A stretch of 64,000 nucleotides of DNA, from IMG/VR virus record IMGVR_UViG_3300025030_000064, positions 1 through 64,000 of that record. One strand, given 5' to 3'. This DNA comes from a virus. A model generated the notes under the pieces. That model was given only the letters and a program-made list of their open reading frames with translations. It did no database searches and had not been told where the DNA came from. This document shows, in pieces, positions 6,356-15,421 of the stretch; within the stretch, counting starts at the first letter, position 1; each line of letters opens with the position of its first letter. A program made the position numbers and the translations under genes.

Positions 6356-6670
6356 TTATAACTTAAATTTCTTTTTGAATTCTTGCGTTGTACTGATATG
6401 AACTTCATCTCCTGCCTTTAAAGCATTCCAAGCTTCTTTAGTCATTGTCAGTTCTGCAGTATGGTCTTTACCTATTCCTATAGTCACACTTACTGAATCG
6501 ACATAATACTTTACACTATATCCTACCTTATTAAAGAATGCATTAGCTTTAGGGGAAACGACTATCTGTCTGCCAAACCTAAACATTCCTAAGATGTATT
6601 GCGTGAATTTAATATTCACTGGTCCATCTCCAACCATCTCTACATTTACATTTTCATTCTTATTTTTCAT
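6356..6670 (-). CDS. Hypothetical protein
   Basis: 104-aa ORF directly downstream of a consensus promoter. Confidence 0.75.
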   Translation of the reverse strand: MKNKNENVNVEMVGDGPVNIKFTQYILGMFRFGRQIVVSPKANAFFNKVGYSVKYYVDSVSVTIGIGKDHTAELTMTKEAWNALKAGDEVHISTTQEFKKKFKL

Positions 6671-6700
6671 ATTCCGTATCTAAATATTAATTTATATGCA

Positions 6701-6732
6701 CAAATATATAAAAATAATTCTCTTTCTCCAAA
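6701..6732 (-). promoter_or_regulatory. Bacteroidota sigma-70 promoter
   Basis: Minus strand TTTG-N20-TATATTTG (-33 / -7 TAnnTTTG consensus). Confidence 0.75.
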
Positions 6733-6830
6733 TCTATTCATCAAATTTAACATTTATTTTTACTACTTATTTTCGTTTTATTCAATAGAACCTCTTTTAC
6801 CCTGATAAGATATTTTCTATAAGTAAACTG

Positions 6831-7125
6831 TTGTTACTTGCAGACCGTACCGTATTGTAGCAATTCCCCCCTGATAGACTTTCGTATTATAAAAGGCTGG
6901 GTTGTTAAAAGAGGAACGAAGGTGACGAAACCAAAACAACACAGCTAACTTTATTTACTAATAGAAAGAACGTTTATTTATATTTAGGTCACTGAGGTTA
7001 TCTAACTATATCTTTATCTCATCAGTCGCCAGTTGTTAGGTTAGAACAGAGCTGGACCTTTAACCTCACGGCTACACAGTACATCGTCATTCTTATTTAT
7101 AGAGGTATAGACGATTATTTATTTT
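6831..7125 (+). ncRNA. Candidate structured RNA or ssDNA element
   Basis: Helices TTGTTAC/GTAGCAA, GGCTG-GTTGTT/AACAAC-CAGCT, TGAGGTTA/TAACCTCA, CCAGTT/AGCTGG, ATCGTC/GACGAT; wobbles read G-U on the plus strand. Confidence 0.45.
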
Positions 7126-7175
7126 ATCCTACTATTGCCTTTTAAAGTAGCTATTATTGAACTTAGTCTAAATGC

Positions 7176-7298
7176 AAAAAACCTCTGCGAATATAGAGGT
7201 AGCTATAAACACAAAGGCTTTTTACAGGAAGATATTTCTATCTCCTTGATATTTTCTTTATCTATTGCTACCTCAACAGATGATATAATGCAAATGAA
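7176..7298 (-). ncRNA. Candidate ~125-nt sRNA or attenuator leader ending in a long terminator hairpin
   Basis: Downstream of the promoter at 7306; hairpin AAAAAGCCUUUGUG..UAUAG-CUACCU-CUAUA..CGCAGAGGUUUUUU; upstream GAGGUAGC is complementary to the loop region GCUACCUC. Confidence 0.55.
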
Positions 7299-7305
7299 CG
7301 TATTG

Positions 7306-7338
7306 CAAATATACAACCATTAATATCGTTTTTCCAAA
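7306..7338 (-). promoter_or_regulatory. Bacteroidota sigma-70 promoter (leftward)
   Basis: Minus strand TTTG-N21-TATATTTG. Confidence 0.7.
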
Positions 7339-7357
7339 TAATTTAACATAAATTTTA

Positions 7358-7389
7358 TTTGCATTATAATATGTTTCATTATATATTTG
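7358..7389 (+). promoter_or_regulatory. Bacteroidota sigma-70 promoter (rightward)
   Basis: TTTG-N20-TATATTTG, 32 nt before the ATG at 7422. Confidence 0.75.
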
Positions 7390-7421
7390 TATTTATTATA
7401 ACGAACACTTAATTTATTAAT

Positions 7422-7772
7422 ATGAAATATGCAATAGTAGAAACACGATCAGACATCTTTATTAGAAAGTTCGAAAAAGTATCAAGCAACAATGGTACTG
7501 CTATAAAAGAAATAAAAGATATCCTAAGTAAAGAGAATGTTAAGCACGACTCAGACGTAGTAAGAACACAGGTTGATGTTGGTATTGTAAATTCAAAAGT
7601 AGACAATAAAGAAAACAGGGATGTTAAGGTCGTTTCTATTATTACTGAGAAGGAGTATGGGTTATATAAGAAAGGCTCATTGACAATATCAGACATGATA
7701 GAGAAAGACAATACTCCGAATATGCATGATTGTAATAGATGTATTCACAATAATTTTGAACTTAAAAAATAA
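7422..7772 (+). CDS. Hypothetical protein
   Basis: 116-aa ORF after a promoter. Confidence 0.75.
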   Translation: MKYAIVETRSDIFIRKFEKVSSNNGTAIKEIKDILSKENVKHDSDVVRTQVDVGIVNSKVDNKENRDVKVVSIITEKEYGLYKKGSLTISDMIEKDNTPNMHDCNRCIHNNFELKK

Positions 7773-7788
7773 TTTAAATTAAAAGCGT

Positions 7789-8199
7789 ATGGAAAATCAA
7801 GAACAAGTAACCAAACAGGTGCCTTTAACTAAAGCACAGATTCAACATCAGGAGAATATGCGTAAACAAACTATTCAAAGAGAGAAAGAACAAATGGATG
7901 CAATGCATAAACGTAGAGACTATCTACATTGCTTAGTAGATATTCGTGAACTGGAAGAGAAAGTATTTGGTCAGGATAGTATAATGAATAGTGCTAAACG
8001 TGATAGCTCAATCTTTGCATTAAGATCAGTGAAGGTTGAAGAAGAGGATATCTTATTATATCTTATAAAGAATAAGCTATCTACAGAGAATGATGATAAG
8101 TTATATGCAGAACTGCAGAAGGTAAAAGAAGAACCTAAAAAACCTACAATGAAAGTTTCTAAGAATAAGGCAGAACCAGAATTAAAAGAAGGGAAATAA
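7789..8199 (+). CDS. Hypothetical coiled-coil protein
   Basis: 136-aa ORF in the operon. Confidence 0.75.
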   Translation: MENQEQVTKQVPLTKAQIQHQENMRKQTIQREKEQMDAMHKRRDYLHCLVDIRELEEKVFGQDSIMNSAKRDSSIFALRSVKVEEEDILLYLIKNKLSTENDDKLYAELQKVKEEPKKPTMKVSKNKAEPELKEGK

Positions 8200-8202
8200 T
8201 AT

Positions 8203-8628
8203 ATGGCTAAGAAACAAGATGACTCAGTTATATTAAAAGTCCAATCTAATAATATAAAGAAAGACAAGACTACTACTCAAAAGGTAACAGATATCATAGC
8301 CAGAGAACTACAATCCCCTACTAAACTAAAGGTAATAGGTCAATGGATACTTGTAGAGACAGTAGAGATTAAACCCAGAGAAAAGACAAAAGCAGGAATC
8401 ATATTACCTTCAGGAGAAAACTCTCAGGATAATAAGAAAGAACTCTATTGGGATGAAAATCCTGCTCAGGGAGTAGTAATAGGTGTTGGTAAGTTAGAGT
8501 TAGAAAAAGGAGAGATAAAACCATTAGACTATGTCTACCTGGCAAAGGACCCGAGAAATGCTATCATGCATAATGGTAAATGGTACGCATTAGTAATTGG
8601 TCTTGATATTGCTACAGTAGTGGGCTAA
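8203..8628 (+). CDS. groES: GroES/Cpn10-like co-chaperonin
   Basis: LKVIGQWILVE...EKTKAGIILP...QGVVIGVG matches the GroES mobile loop and flanking strands. Confidence 0.75.
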   Translation: MAKKQDDSVILKVQSNNIKKDKTTTQKVTDIIARELQSPTKLKVIGQWILVETVEIKPREKTKAGIILPSGENSQDNKKELYWDENPAQGVVIGVGKLELEKGEIKPLDYVYLAKDPRNAIMHNGKWYALVIGLDIATVVG

Positions 8629-9032
8629 TGAAAAACACTATAGACATAGAAGTTCAGAAGAAAGATTTTTTAGATTATTATCTGAAAGTATTAACTCCTG
8701 TTATCAATAAGATATGCCATATCCTGTCGGGCAAGATATGCTATCTTAGAGATAGGGAGCTAAAGATAATAGCTGAACTCATGTATTATTATACTACGGC
8801 ACCACAGGTTCATCCGGAAGAAAAGAATAAGTATATATTCTCAGATGTGGTCACTAATGCTATAATGGATAAATATAATTTCTCAATCTATAATTATAAT
8901 AATCTATTATGTGGATTACGAACAGCTGGTGTAATACAAGGAAAAAGAAAACAAAGAACTCTTCATCCTATCTTTTATATGGACATACCTGAAAAAGAAT
9001 ATGTATTAACTTTACGGTTTAAGTTAACATGA
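8628..9032 (+). CDS. Hypothetical protein (possible winged-helix)
   Basis: 134 aa; LRDRELKIIAEL...NNLLCGLRTAGVI pattern. Confidence 0.7.
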   Translation: MKNTIDIEVQKKDFLDYYLKVLTPVINKICHILSGKICYLRDRELKIIAELMYYYTTAPQVHPEEKNKYIFSDVVTNAIMDKYNFSIYNYNNLLCGLRTAGVIQGKRKQRTLHPIFYMDIPEKEYVLTLRFKLT

Positions 9033-9241
9033 TATTAAATGATATAGCGACAGGGTATTGGAATCTTCTCTTCAAAGATGAGAACTTCGAGCCATTGGCT
9101 AAGCAGCGTGTGGAGAAATGTTTAAACAATGATTGCAAGAAGTTCTCTGCCTTTGGAGGAGGGTGGTGTAAACAATGCAGGTGTCTAATAAAAGCAAAGG
9201 TAAGATGTCCAGAATGTAAATGCCCTAAGAATCTATGGTAA
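9029..9241 (+). CDS. Small Cys-rich protein (DUF6171-like)
   Basis: R..C...C...CKQCRCLIKAK...CPKNLW. Confidence 0.7.
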   Translation: MILNDIATGYWNLLFKDENFEPLAKQRVEKCLNNDCKKFSAFGGGWCKQCRCLIKAKVRCPECKCPKNLW

Positions 9242-9309
9242 AATTATTATGACATTATGGTTAAGAAATTAAATGGTATACGTAAAAACGAAACAACATT
9301 ACGTTACTT

Positions 9310-9741
9310 ATGATAATTAGTGAAGAGATGTTAGCTGCCATAAACAAGACAGCACAGGATTTGGGATTACAACCAAATGTTGTTCATAAGATATACGAAG
9401 AGCAAGTACACTACCTGGAATTTATGATGTCTCAGTTTAACTTACACGAACAGGGTAGTTATATAAACATTAAGATTCCTTTTATATGTAACTTCTATAT
9501 TAATAACTTAAAAGTATATATAAAGAGAATCAATCGTGAGAAGTCTGTCAAGTATCATAAGTATGTAGAACACGAAAATAAAAGAATAGAAAATTTATTA
9601 AGAACACATCCAAAGCATGTCAAATTTATTAAATCTCTCAGAAGGAATCGTAAATCCAAATGGAAGTTTATTACAGATACTCATCTTCAAAGAATTGTGG
9701 AAAAGAGACCAAAGCAAAGAAAAGGAAAGAGTGCTAAGTGA
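9310..9741 (+). CDS. Basic HU/IHF-like DNA-binding protein (divergent)
   Basis: AINKTAQDLGL..VVHKIY...NIKIPFICNF, basic C-terminus; position upstream of the terminase. Confidence 0.55.
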   Translation: MIISEEMLAAINKTAQDLGLQPNVVHKIYEEQVHYLEFMMSQFNLHEQGSYINIKIPFICNFYINNLKVYIKRINREKSVKYHKYVEHENKRIENLLRTHPKHVKFIKSLRRNRKSKWKFITDTHLQRIVEKRPKQRKGKSAK

Positions 9742-10186
9742 ATTAGCTTATATCTATTATAAGGTTGATTGGAAGAGTGAGTATTCACAGTATGGGATAG
9801 ATATGGATGCTCAAATAGGAGAAGATATATTTGGAGATAGAGATTATCAACCAGATATACTAATGGAGAAGTGTGTAGAGAAATATAGAGAGCTACAGTT
9901 TACTCCATCACTATCTCTGATAGGTACGACTCTGATGGCTGTTAACTCAGTAAAGTATTATTTTGAAGAGATAACCATAAAACAGAACGATACTGCTAAA
10001 GAGAAGAAAGACAAGTTAGAGAAGTTTGACTTAACGAAAGTATTAAAGAGCGTAAAAGAGCTAGGAGCAACTATAGATGCTTTAAATAGTCTTCAGGATA
10101 GAGTAATGAAAGATGAAAAAGAACTAAATATAAAGATACGAGGTGGTGGTCAAATAGGTATTTTTGAAGATGAAGCACCATGGTAA
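9617..10186 (+). CDS. Conserved crAss-like protein upstream of terL (candidate small terminase)
   Basis: FKELWKRDQSKEKE...ELAYIY motif, C-terminal KIRGGGQIG, and gene position. Confidence 0.7.
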   Translation: MSNLLNLSEGIVNPNGSLLQILIFKELWKRDQSKEKERVLSELAYIYYKVDWKSEYSQYGIDMDAQIGEDIFGDRDYQPDILMEKCVEKYRELQFTPSLSLIGTTLMAVNSVKYYFEEITIKQNDTAKEKKDKLEKFDLTKVLKSVKELGATIDALNSLQDRVMKDEKELNIKIRGGGQIGIFEDEAPW

Positions 10187-10195
10187 ACCAATAAC

Positions 10196-12247
10196 ATGAC
10201 ACAATCAGAAGAGATATTTGTAGATATAGACAGAGTACAACCTAAGAAATTAGAAAATACTCATGAATGGAGAACAGAGGCTGCTCACTTTGAGAAGTTT
10301 GGTGTTTATACAAAGTCTCCAAGATCAGAAAATAAAAATAGTTCTTATTATAGATATTGGGTAGAACAAGCAAGAAGAAGTGTCTATGGTTACACAACTC
10401 CAAGTGGAGTATATCTTCCAGGTTATTATTATTTCTATCTTAACTTCTGCCAGATAAAAATTGTTGAAGCTGATGAAGAGAATACAGCGATAGGTAGACA
10501 AGTATTCACATTCCCTAATGTGTGGGATATAGACTATGAATATTTTTTATATTTAGATGAAGCAGAAAAAAAAGGACTTCATGGAGTAGTACTTAAAGCA
10601 CGTAGAAAGGGATTTAGTTACAAGGGAGGTGCAATGCTTTGTCGTAACTATTTCTTAATTCCTATAAGCAACTCTTATGCTATAGCGAGTAGTAAAGAGT
10701 TTTTACTAGGTGGTGATGGTATCTTATCAAAGGCATGGGATATTATGGACTTTGTAGATAAGAATACAGGATGGGCTAAAAGAAGACAGTCAAAGAGTAC
10801 AGATATGATAAGAAGGTCTTCATATCTTAAGAATAGTTATGGAGTAATATCAGAATCAGGATATAAGTCAAGCATTATTGGAGTATCGACAAATAAAGAT
10901 GTAGACAAAATAAGAGGTAAGGTAGCTAAATTAATACTATTTGAAGAAGGAGGAACAAACCCCTTACTTAAAAGAGCATGGATAATCGCACAACATTCAG
11001 TTAAACAAGATAGCAGATCGTTTGGTTTAATGTGTGCCTATGGTACAGGAGGTAGTGAGGGATCTGATTTTGAGGCTATGGAAGATATGTTTAATAATCC
11101 AAAAAAATATAAAATCCTTCCAAGAGTAAATGTATGGGAACCCAATCAATTAGGAACAGAATCAGGTTTCTTCGTACCAGCTTATATGTGTCGTGCAGGA
11201 TTTATAGACAAAGATGGAAATTCAGATATAAGAGGAGCAATACAACAAATAGCAGAACTTAGAGACTTAGCATTAGAAAACAATAGTACACCAGAAGATA
11301 CTGCAAGAGCATATGCAGAAGAACCTGTTTATCCATCAGAATCAATGATGAGAATAGATGGGAATCTTTTTCCAGTAGCTGACTTAAGAAAGAGAAGAGC
11401 AGAGATAGAATCACAACCTAATAAATATTATAATACCTTTTGGAGAGGAGATTTAATAATAACTGAGAAAGAAGAAGTACAACTAAGTATAAATACAAAA
11501 AAACATCCTATCTGGGAATATCCTTTCTATGGAAAGAATACTGATGGATGTGTGATAATATTTGAACAACCTGTTAAGCAAAATGGAGAAATACCTTATG
11601 GACTAAATATCTCAGGCTGTGATCCTTACAACCATGTACATGGAACTTCACTAGGAAGTATCTTTATTTTAAATAGAGTTACAGATAGGATAGTAGCAGA
11701 ATACACTGCCAGGCCATTAACTGATGAGATGTTTTATGAGAACTGCAGAAGACTTCTTATATACTATAATGCAAGATGTAACTATGAGAATAGTAGTACT
11801 GGTATGTTTACCTACTTCAATAGAATGAATTGCTCATGGCTTCTTACAGACACTCCTAGCGTACTATATGATAAGATACATGATAAGGGAACACTTGAAA
11901 GAGGTAAAGGAACACCACCTACAGAAAAGATTAATAAGTATGCCAGAGAAAGAATATTAGCCTGGTTAATGACTAAGATAGTAGAGATAAAAGATCCTGA
12001 TAGTAAAGATGAGAGAGTAGGATTATTGAACTTACATAAAATATGTTCTGTTCCGTTATTGAGAGAGTTAGAGATGTGGAATAAAGATATAAATGCAGAC
12101 AGGATATCCGCTTTAGGAATGTTAATGATACAAAGAGAAGAGGACTATCATATCTTCGTTGACCCAAGCAAACAGCCAAAGGCAATAGACCAAGATGAAT
12201 TCTGGAAACGTAGTTTAGGAATACGTCAGCAAGATGAAATAATATAG
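10196..12247 (+). CDS. terL: Terminase large subunit
   Basis: Walker A KARRKGFSYK, Walker B ILFEEGG, YGTGG, nuclease GCDPY and terminal DRISALG. Confidence 0.95.
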   Translation: MTQSEEIFVDIDRVQPKKLENTHEWRTEAAHFEKFGVYTKSPRSENKNSSYYRYWVEQARRSVYGYTTPSGVYLPGYYYFYLNFCQIKIVEADEENTAIGRQVFTFPNVWDIDYEYFLYLDEAEKKGLHGVVLKARRKGFSYKGGAMLCRNYFLIPISNSYAIASSKEFLLGGDGILSKAWDIMDFVDKNTGWAKRRQSKSTDMIRRSSYLKNSYGVISESGYKSSIIGVSTNKDVDKIRGKVAKLILFEEGGTNPLLKRAWIIAQHSVKQDSRSFGLMCAYGTGGSEGSDFEAMEDMFNNPKKYKILPRVNVWEPNQLGTESGFFVPAYMCRAGFIDKDGNSDIRGAIQQIAELRDLALENNSTPEDTARAYAEEPVYPSESMMRIDGNLFPVADLRKRRAEIESQPNKYYNTFWRGDLIITEKEEVQLSINTKKHPIWEYPFYGKNTDGCVIIFEQPVKQNGEIPYGLNISGCDPYNHVHGTSLGSIFILNRVTDRIVAEYTARPLTDEMFYENCRRLLIYYNARCNYENSSTGMFTYFNRMNCSWLLTDTPSVLYDKIHDKGTLERGKGTPPTEKINKYARERILAWLMTKIVEIKDPDSKDERVGLLNLHKICSVPLLRELEMWNKDINADRISALGMLMIQREEDYHIFVDPSKQPKAIDQDEFWKRSLGIRQQDEII

Positions 12248-12337
12248 TCTATTATAATGCAGGCTATATAACAAAAAAAGATATATTATTTAAATAAATT
12301 ATGTTGTAATATTGAAAGATATATTATAATATAAGAT

Positions 12338-14749
12338 ATGAACACTACTGTATTGACACCGTGGCCTCAGCAAAAGCTTAGTGACAAAGAGAAAGATGAA
12401 GATTGGCACATAGACCATCTAAAGCACGGAACACAGTTACAATACTTCCAAAATGATCTCATTAAGAATGATCGTTCTAATATGATATCAAACTATAATT
12501 TATGGAATGGTATCGTAAATGAAGATGATATGGCGAAACAGTTCAATACAATGAACATTAAAAACCATACCATGCCAGGTGAACATAGGAACTATCCTAT
12601 AGAAGTAAGTAAATTTGAGAGGTTAGCTGGTGAAGAAGCCAAACGTAGATTTGAGTGGCACATTAAAGTAAGCAATGGAGATGCTACATCTATCAAAGAA
12701 GATAAGCATAAAAATGATTTATTCGAATTTGTACAGCAAACTATTCAGGCAGATGCTTTCTCTAAAGAAGAAGCACAAAGAAATCTTGAAAAGATAAATA
12801 AATATTATAACTATTCTTATAAAGACATACGAGAAGAAAGAGGGGATAGGATATTAAGATACCTATGGAGAGAGCAAGAGATGGCTCTTAAGTTTAATCG
12901 ATCATTCTATGATGTTCTTATTGGTGCTTCAGAAGTATTCTCTTGTGACATATTAGGTGGAGAACCGGTAATGGACAAGTGTGATCCTACTATGTTAACC
13001 ACATTAAGAAGTGGTACCTCAAATAGAATAGAAGATTCAGATGTGATACTTCATACTACATATATGCCTCCTGCAATGGTGCTCGATATATATAAAGAGT
13101 ATCTTGAAAGTGATGATGTTGATTATTTAGATGGTGGAGTATCTGCAATAAAGAGTGCAAGTAATTCTATGAACTATGGAACATTCACATCACAGATGCC
13201 AAATCCTCCAGACAGTACAAATATTTTATCTTTAGATGGTACTAATCCTTCTTACTATGGAGAGTTCTGGGATATGGATGGTAATGTAAGAGTTACTAGA
13301 ATGGTGTGGAAGTCATATAGAAAAGTATATAAACTTAAGTTCTTTGATGAGAATGATGATGAACAGAATGATTGGGTACCTGAAACATATAGACCAAATA
13401 AGTTAAAAGGAGAAGAGGTTACTGAATTATGGATACCTGAATGGAGAGAAGGAACACAGATAGGAGAAAATATATATGTTAAGCTTCAACCATTCCCTGT
13501 TAACATATATGATATGGATAGTTTACGATTAAAGACCAGTCCATATATAGGAACAAAATACAATATCAACAATAATAAGCCTGTCTCTTTAATGGATAGG
13601 ATTAAACCATATAAGTTCGATTATAATGTATTCCAAAGAAGATTAGGTATAGCTTTCTCAAAATGGAATCCAATGACTGAGTTGGACCTTGCAAAGAAAC
13701 CAGAACACTGGTCATTAGACGAATGGTTTACCTATGCACAGACACATGGTTATCTTATTATAGATAGTTTTGCTGAGAGTAATAAACCTAGGTTTAAAGG
13801 TCAGATGGCAGGAAACTTTAACACTACCGGAAAGACATTACAGATAGACCTTGGCAATTATATCCAACAGACAATAGGTATTCTTAATTACATAGAAAGA
13901 CAAGTAGCTTTAGTAAGTGGTATCAGTCCGGAACGTGAAGGACAATCTACATCTACCAATACTTTAGGTGGTCAGGAAAGTCTATTACAGAATTCTATGT
14001 TTATTACTGAACAGTACTATAATATACATGATAATACTAAAGTAAGGGTATTGCAGAATATGTTAGAAGTATCTAAGGTAGCCTGGAAAAACAGACAAAA
14101 GAAAATACCTTATATCTTAGATGATATGGTAATGGCTATTGACGAAATAGATGGAATGGATCATTATGAAACAAACTATAATCTATTTATAAGCAATAGT
14201 TCAGACGATAGTGAATTATTCAGAACACTTAAATCTCTTATTCCTACAGCTCTTAATGCTGATAAGGTTAATCTGTCTCAGGTAATGAGTCTCTATTCTA
14301 AACAATCTATCACAGGTATTCGTAAAGAAATAGAAGCAGCAGAACAGCAGAAGATGGATCAGGCAATAAAGGCACAAGAAGATCAGGCAAAAGCAGAACA
14401 GCAAAAAGTAGAAACTGCCTTGCAGATTAAACAAGCTGAGATGGACCTGGAGAAATATAAGATTGACACAGAAGCACAGACATCCATAAGAGTTAAAGAG
14501 TTAGAAATATATGCTAAAAAAACTGAATTAGATGCTAATAGTAATGGTGTTCCTGATTTTGTAGAATTAGCAGATTTATCTTTAAGAGAAAGAGAACAGT
14601 TAAGTAAGAAAGAAACTGAAGACAGAAAACTTCTTTTAGAAGAGAAGATAGCTAAGATAAAATCTGAAACAGAGAAGTACAAAGCGGACAAGAGCGTTGA
14701 GGTTGCTCGTGCTAACAGAAATAAATACGATTCTAAAAGTAAGAAGTAA
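12338..14749 (+). CDS. Portal protein
   Basis: 803 aa following terL; PQQKLS..KDEDW, EWREGTQIG, SLMDRIKPY, SGISPEREGQ; C-terminal coiled coil. Confidence 0.9.
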   Translation: MNTTVLTPWPQQKLSDKEKDEDWHIDHLKHGTQLQYFQNDLIKNDRSNMISNYNLWNGIVNEDDMAKQFNTMNIKNHTMPGEHRNYPIEVSKFERLAGEEAKRRFEWHIKVSNGDATSIKEDKHKNDLFEFVQQTIQADAFSKEEAQRNLEKINKYYNYSYKDIREERGDRILRYLWREQEMALKFNRSFYDVLIGASEVFSCDILGGEPVMDKCDPTMLTTLRSGTSNRIEDSDVILHTTYMPPAMVLDIYKEYLESDDVDYLDGGVSAIKSASNSMNYGTFTSQMPNPPDSTNILSLDGTNPSYYGEFWDMDGNVRVTRMVWKSYRKVYKLKFFDENDDEQNDWVPETYRPNKLKGEEVTELWIPEWREGTQIGENIYVKLQPFPVNIYDMDSLRLKTSPYIGTKYNINNNKPVSLMDRIKPYKFDYNVFQRRLGIAFSKWNPMTELDLAKKPEHWSLDEWFTYAQTHGYLIIDSFAESNKPRFKGQMAGNFNTTGKTLQIDLGNYIQQTIGILNYIERQVALVSGISPEREGQSTSTNTLGGQESLLQNSMFITEQYYNIHDNTKVRVLQNMLEVSKVAWKNRQKKIPYILDDMVMAIDEIDGMDHYETNYNLFISNSSDDSELFRTLKSLIPTALNADKVNLSQVMSLYSKQSITGIRKEIEAAEQQKMDQAIKAQEDQAKAEQQKVETALQIKQAEMDLEKYKIDTEAQTSIRVKELEIYAKKTELDANSNGVPDFVELADLSLREREQLSKKETEDRKLLLEEKIAKIKSETEKYKADKSVEVARANRNKYDSKSKK

Positions 14750-15306
14750 TGCTATCTAAGAAGTTTCTATTAGAATTCCCGGAATTAAGGCAATGCTTTA
14801 ACTATTCATGTGGTGCTTCGGCACTACAGTCAATATTTACATATTATGGTACAGACGAAAGAGAAGATACCATAATGAAGTTACTTGATAAGGAATCTAA
14901 AGACCTTAAAAATAATGGAGCAGATATTAAGGCTATGAAAGCAGTAGCTTTAGAATATGGATATGAATGTGTAATAGAATACGATTTACCAATACTAACA
15001 TTAAAAACTCTTATCTCTAAAAAGATACCTGTTATATTAATCTTACAGGCATGGCATGAAGAAAAACCTTTTGATTATAAAGAAAGTTATGTTGATGGTC
15101 ATTATGTAATAGCTATAGGATGGAATAACGATAGAATCATATTTGAAGATCCTTTATCATATAATAGAGTATACTTAACTGAAAAGGAATTAGCTAACAG
15201 ATGGCATGCTATAGACGATAAGGGTAATCCTGATCCGAGAAGTGTTAGTATTATAATAGATGGAGAACCTAATTTTGATCAACATCTAATTACCCGATTA
15301 GGATAA
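14749..15306 (+). CDS. C39-like (papain-fold) cysteine peptidase
   Basis: RQ...SCGASAL (Gln/Cys), GHYVIAIG (His), FEDP (Asp); start overlaps the portal stop (TAATG). Confidence 0.85.
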   Translation: MLSKKFLLEFPELRQCFNYSCGASALQSIFTYYGTDEREDTIMKLLDKESKDLKNNGADIKAMKAVALEYGYECVIEYDLPILTLKTLISKKIPVILILQAWHEEKPFDYKESYVDGHYVIAIGWNNDRIIFEDPLSYNRVYLTEKELANRWHAIDDKGNPDPRSVSIIIDGEPNFDQHLITRLG

Positions 15307-15421
15307 AACAACTTTTACTCATAATAAGAGAATTCGATATGTTAAAATAATTGCAGTTTTTTTGCAATAGTTATAATATACCGTATTATAATTGTTAAAT
15401 AATCAATAAATATCACTAAGT

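Noticed and set aside
6599-7323. Plus-strand ORFs 6599-6805 and 7135-7323
   Set aside because: Non-ATG starts, and they overlap promoters and hairpin elements; probably noncoding.
12250-15420. Shared late-promoter motif in AT-rich gaps before the portal and scaffold genes
   Set aside because: TATAAT/TATTATA words are present, but I could not define a consensus distinguishable from AT-rich background.
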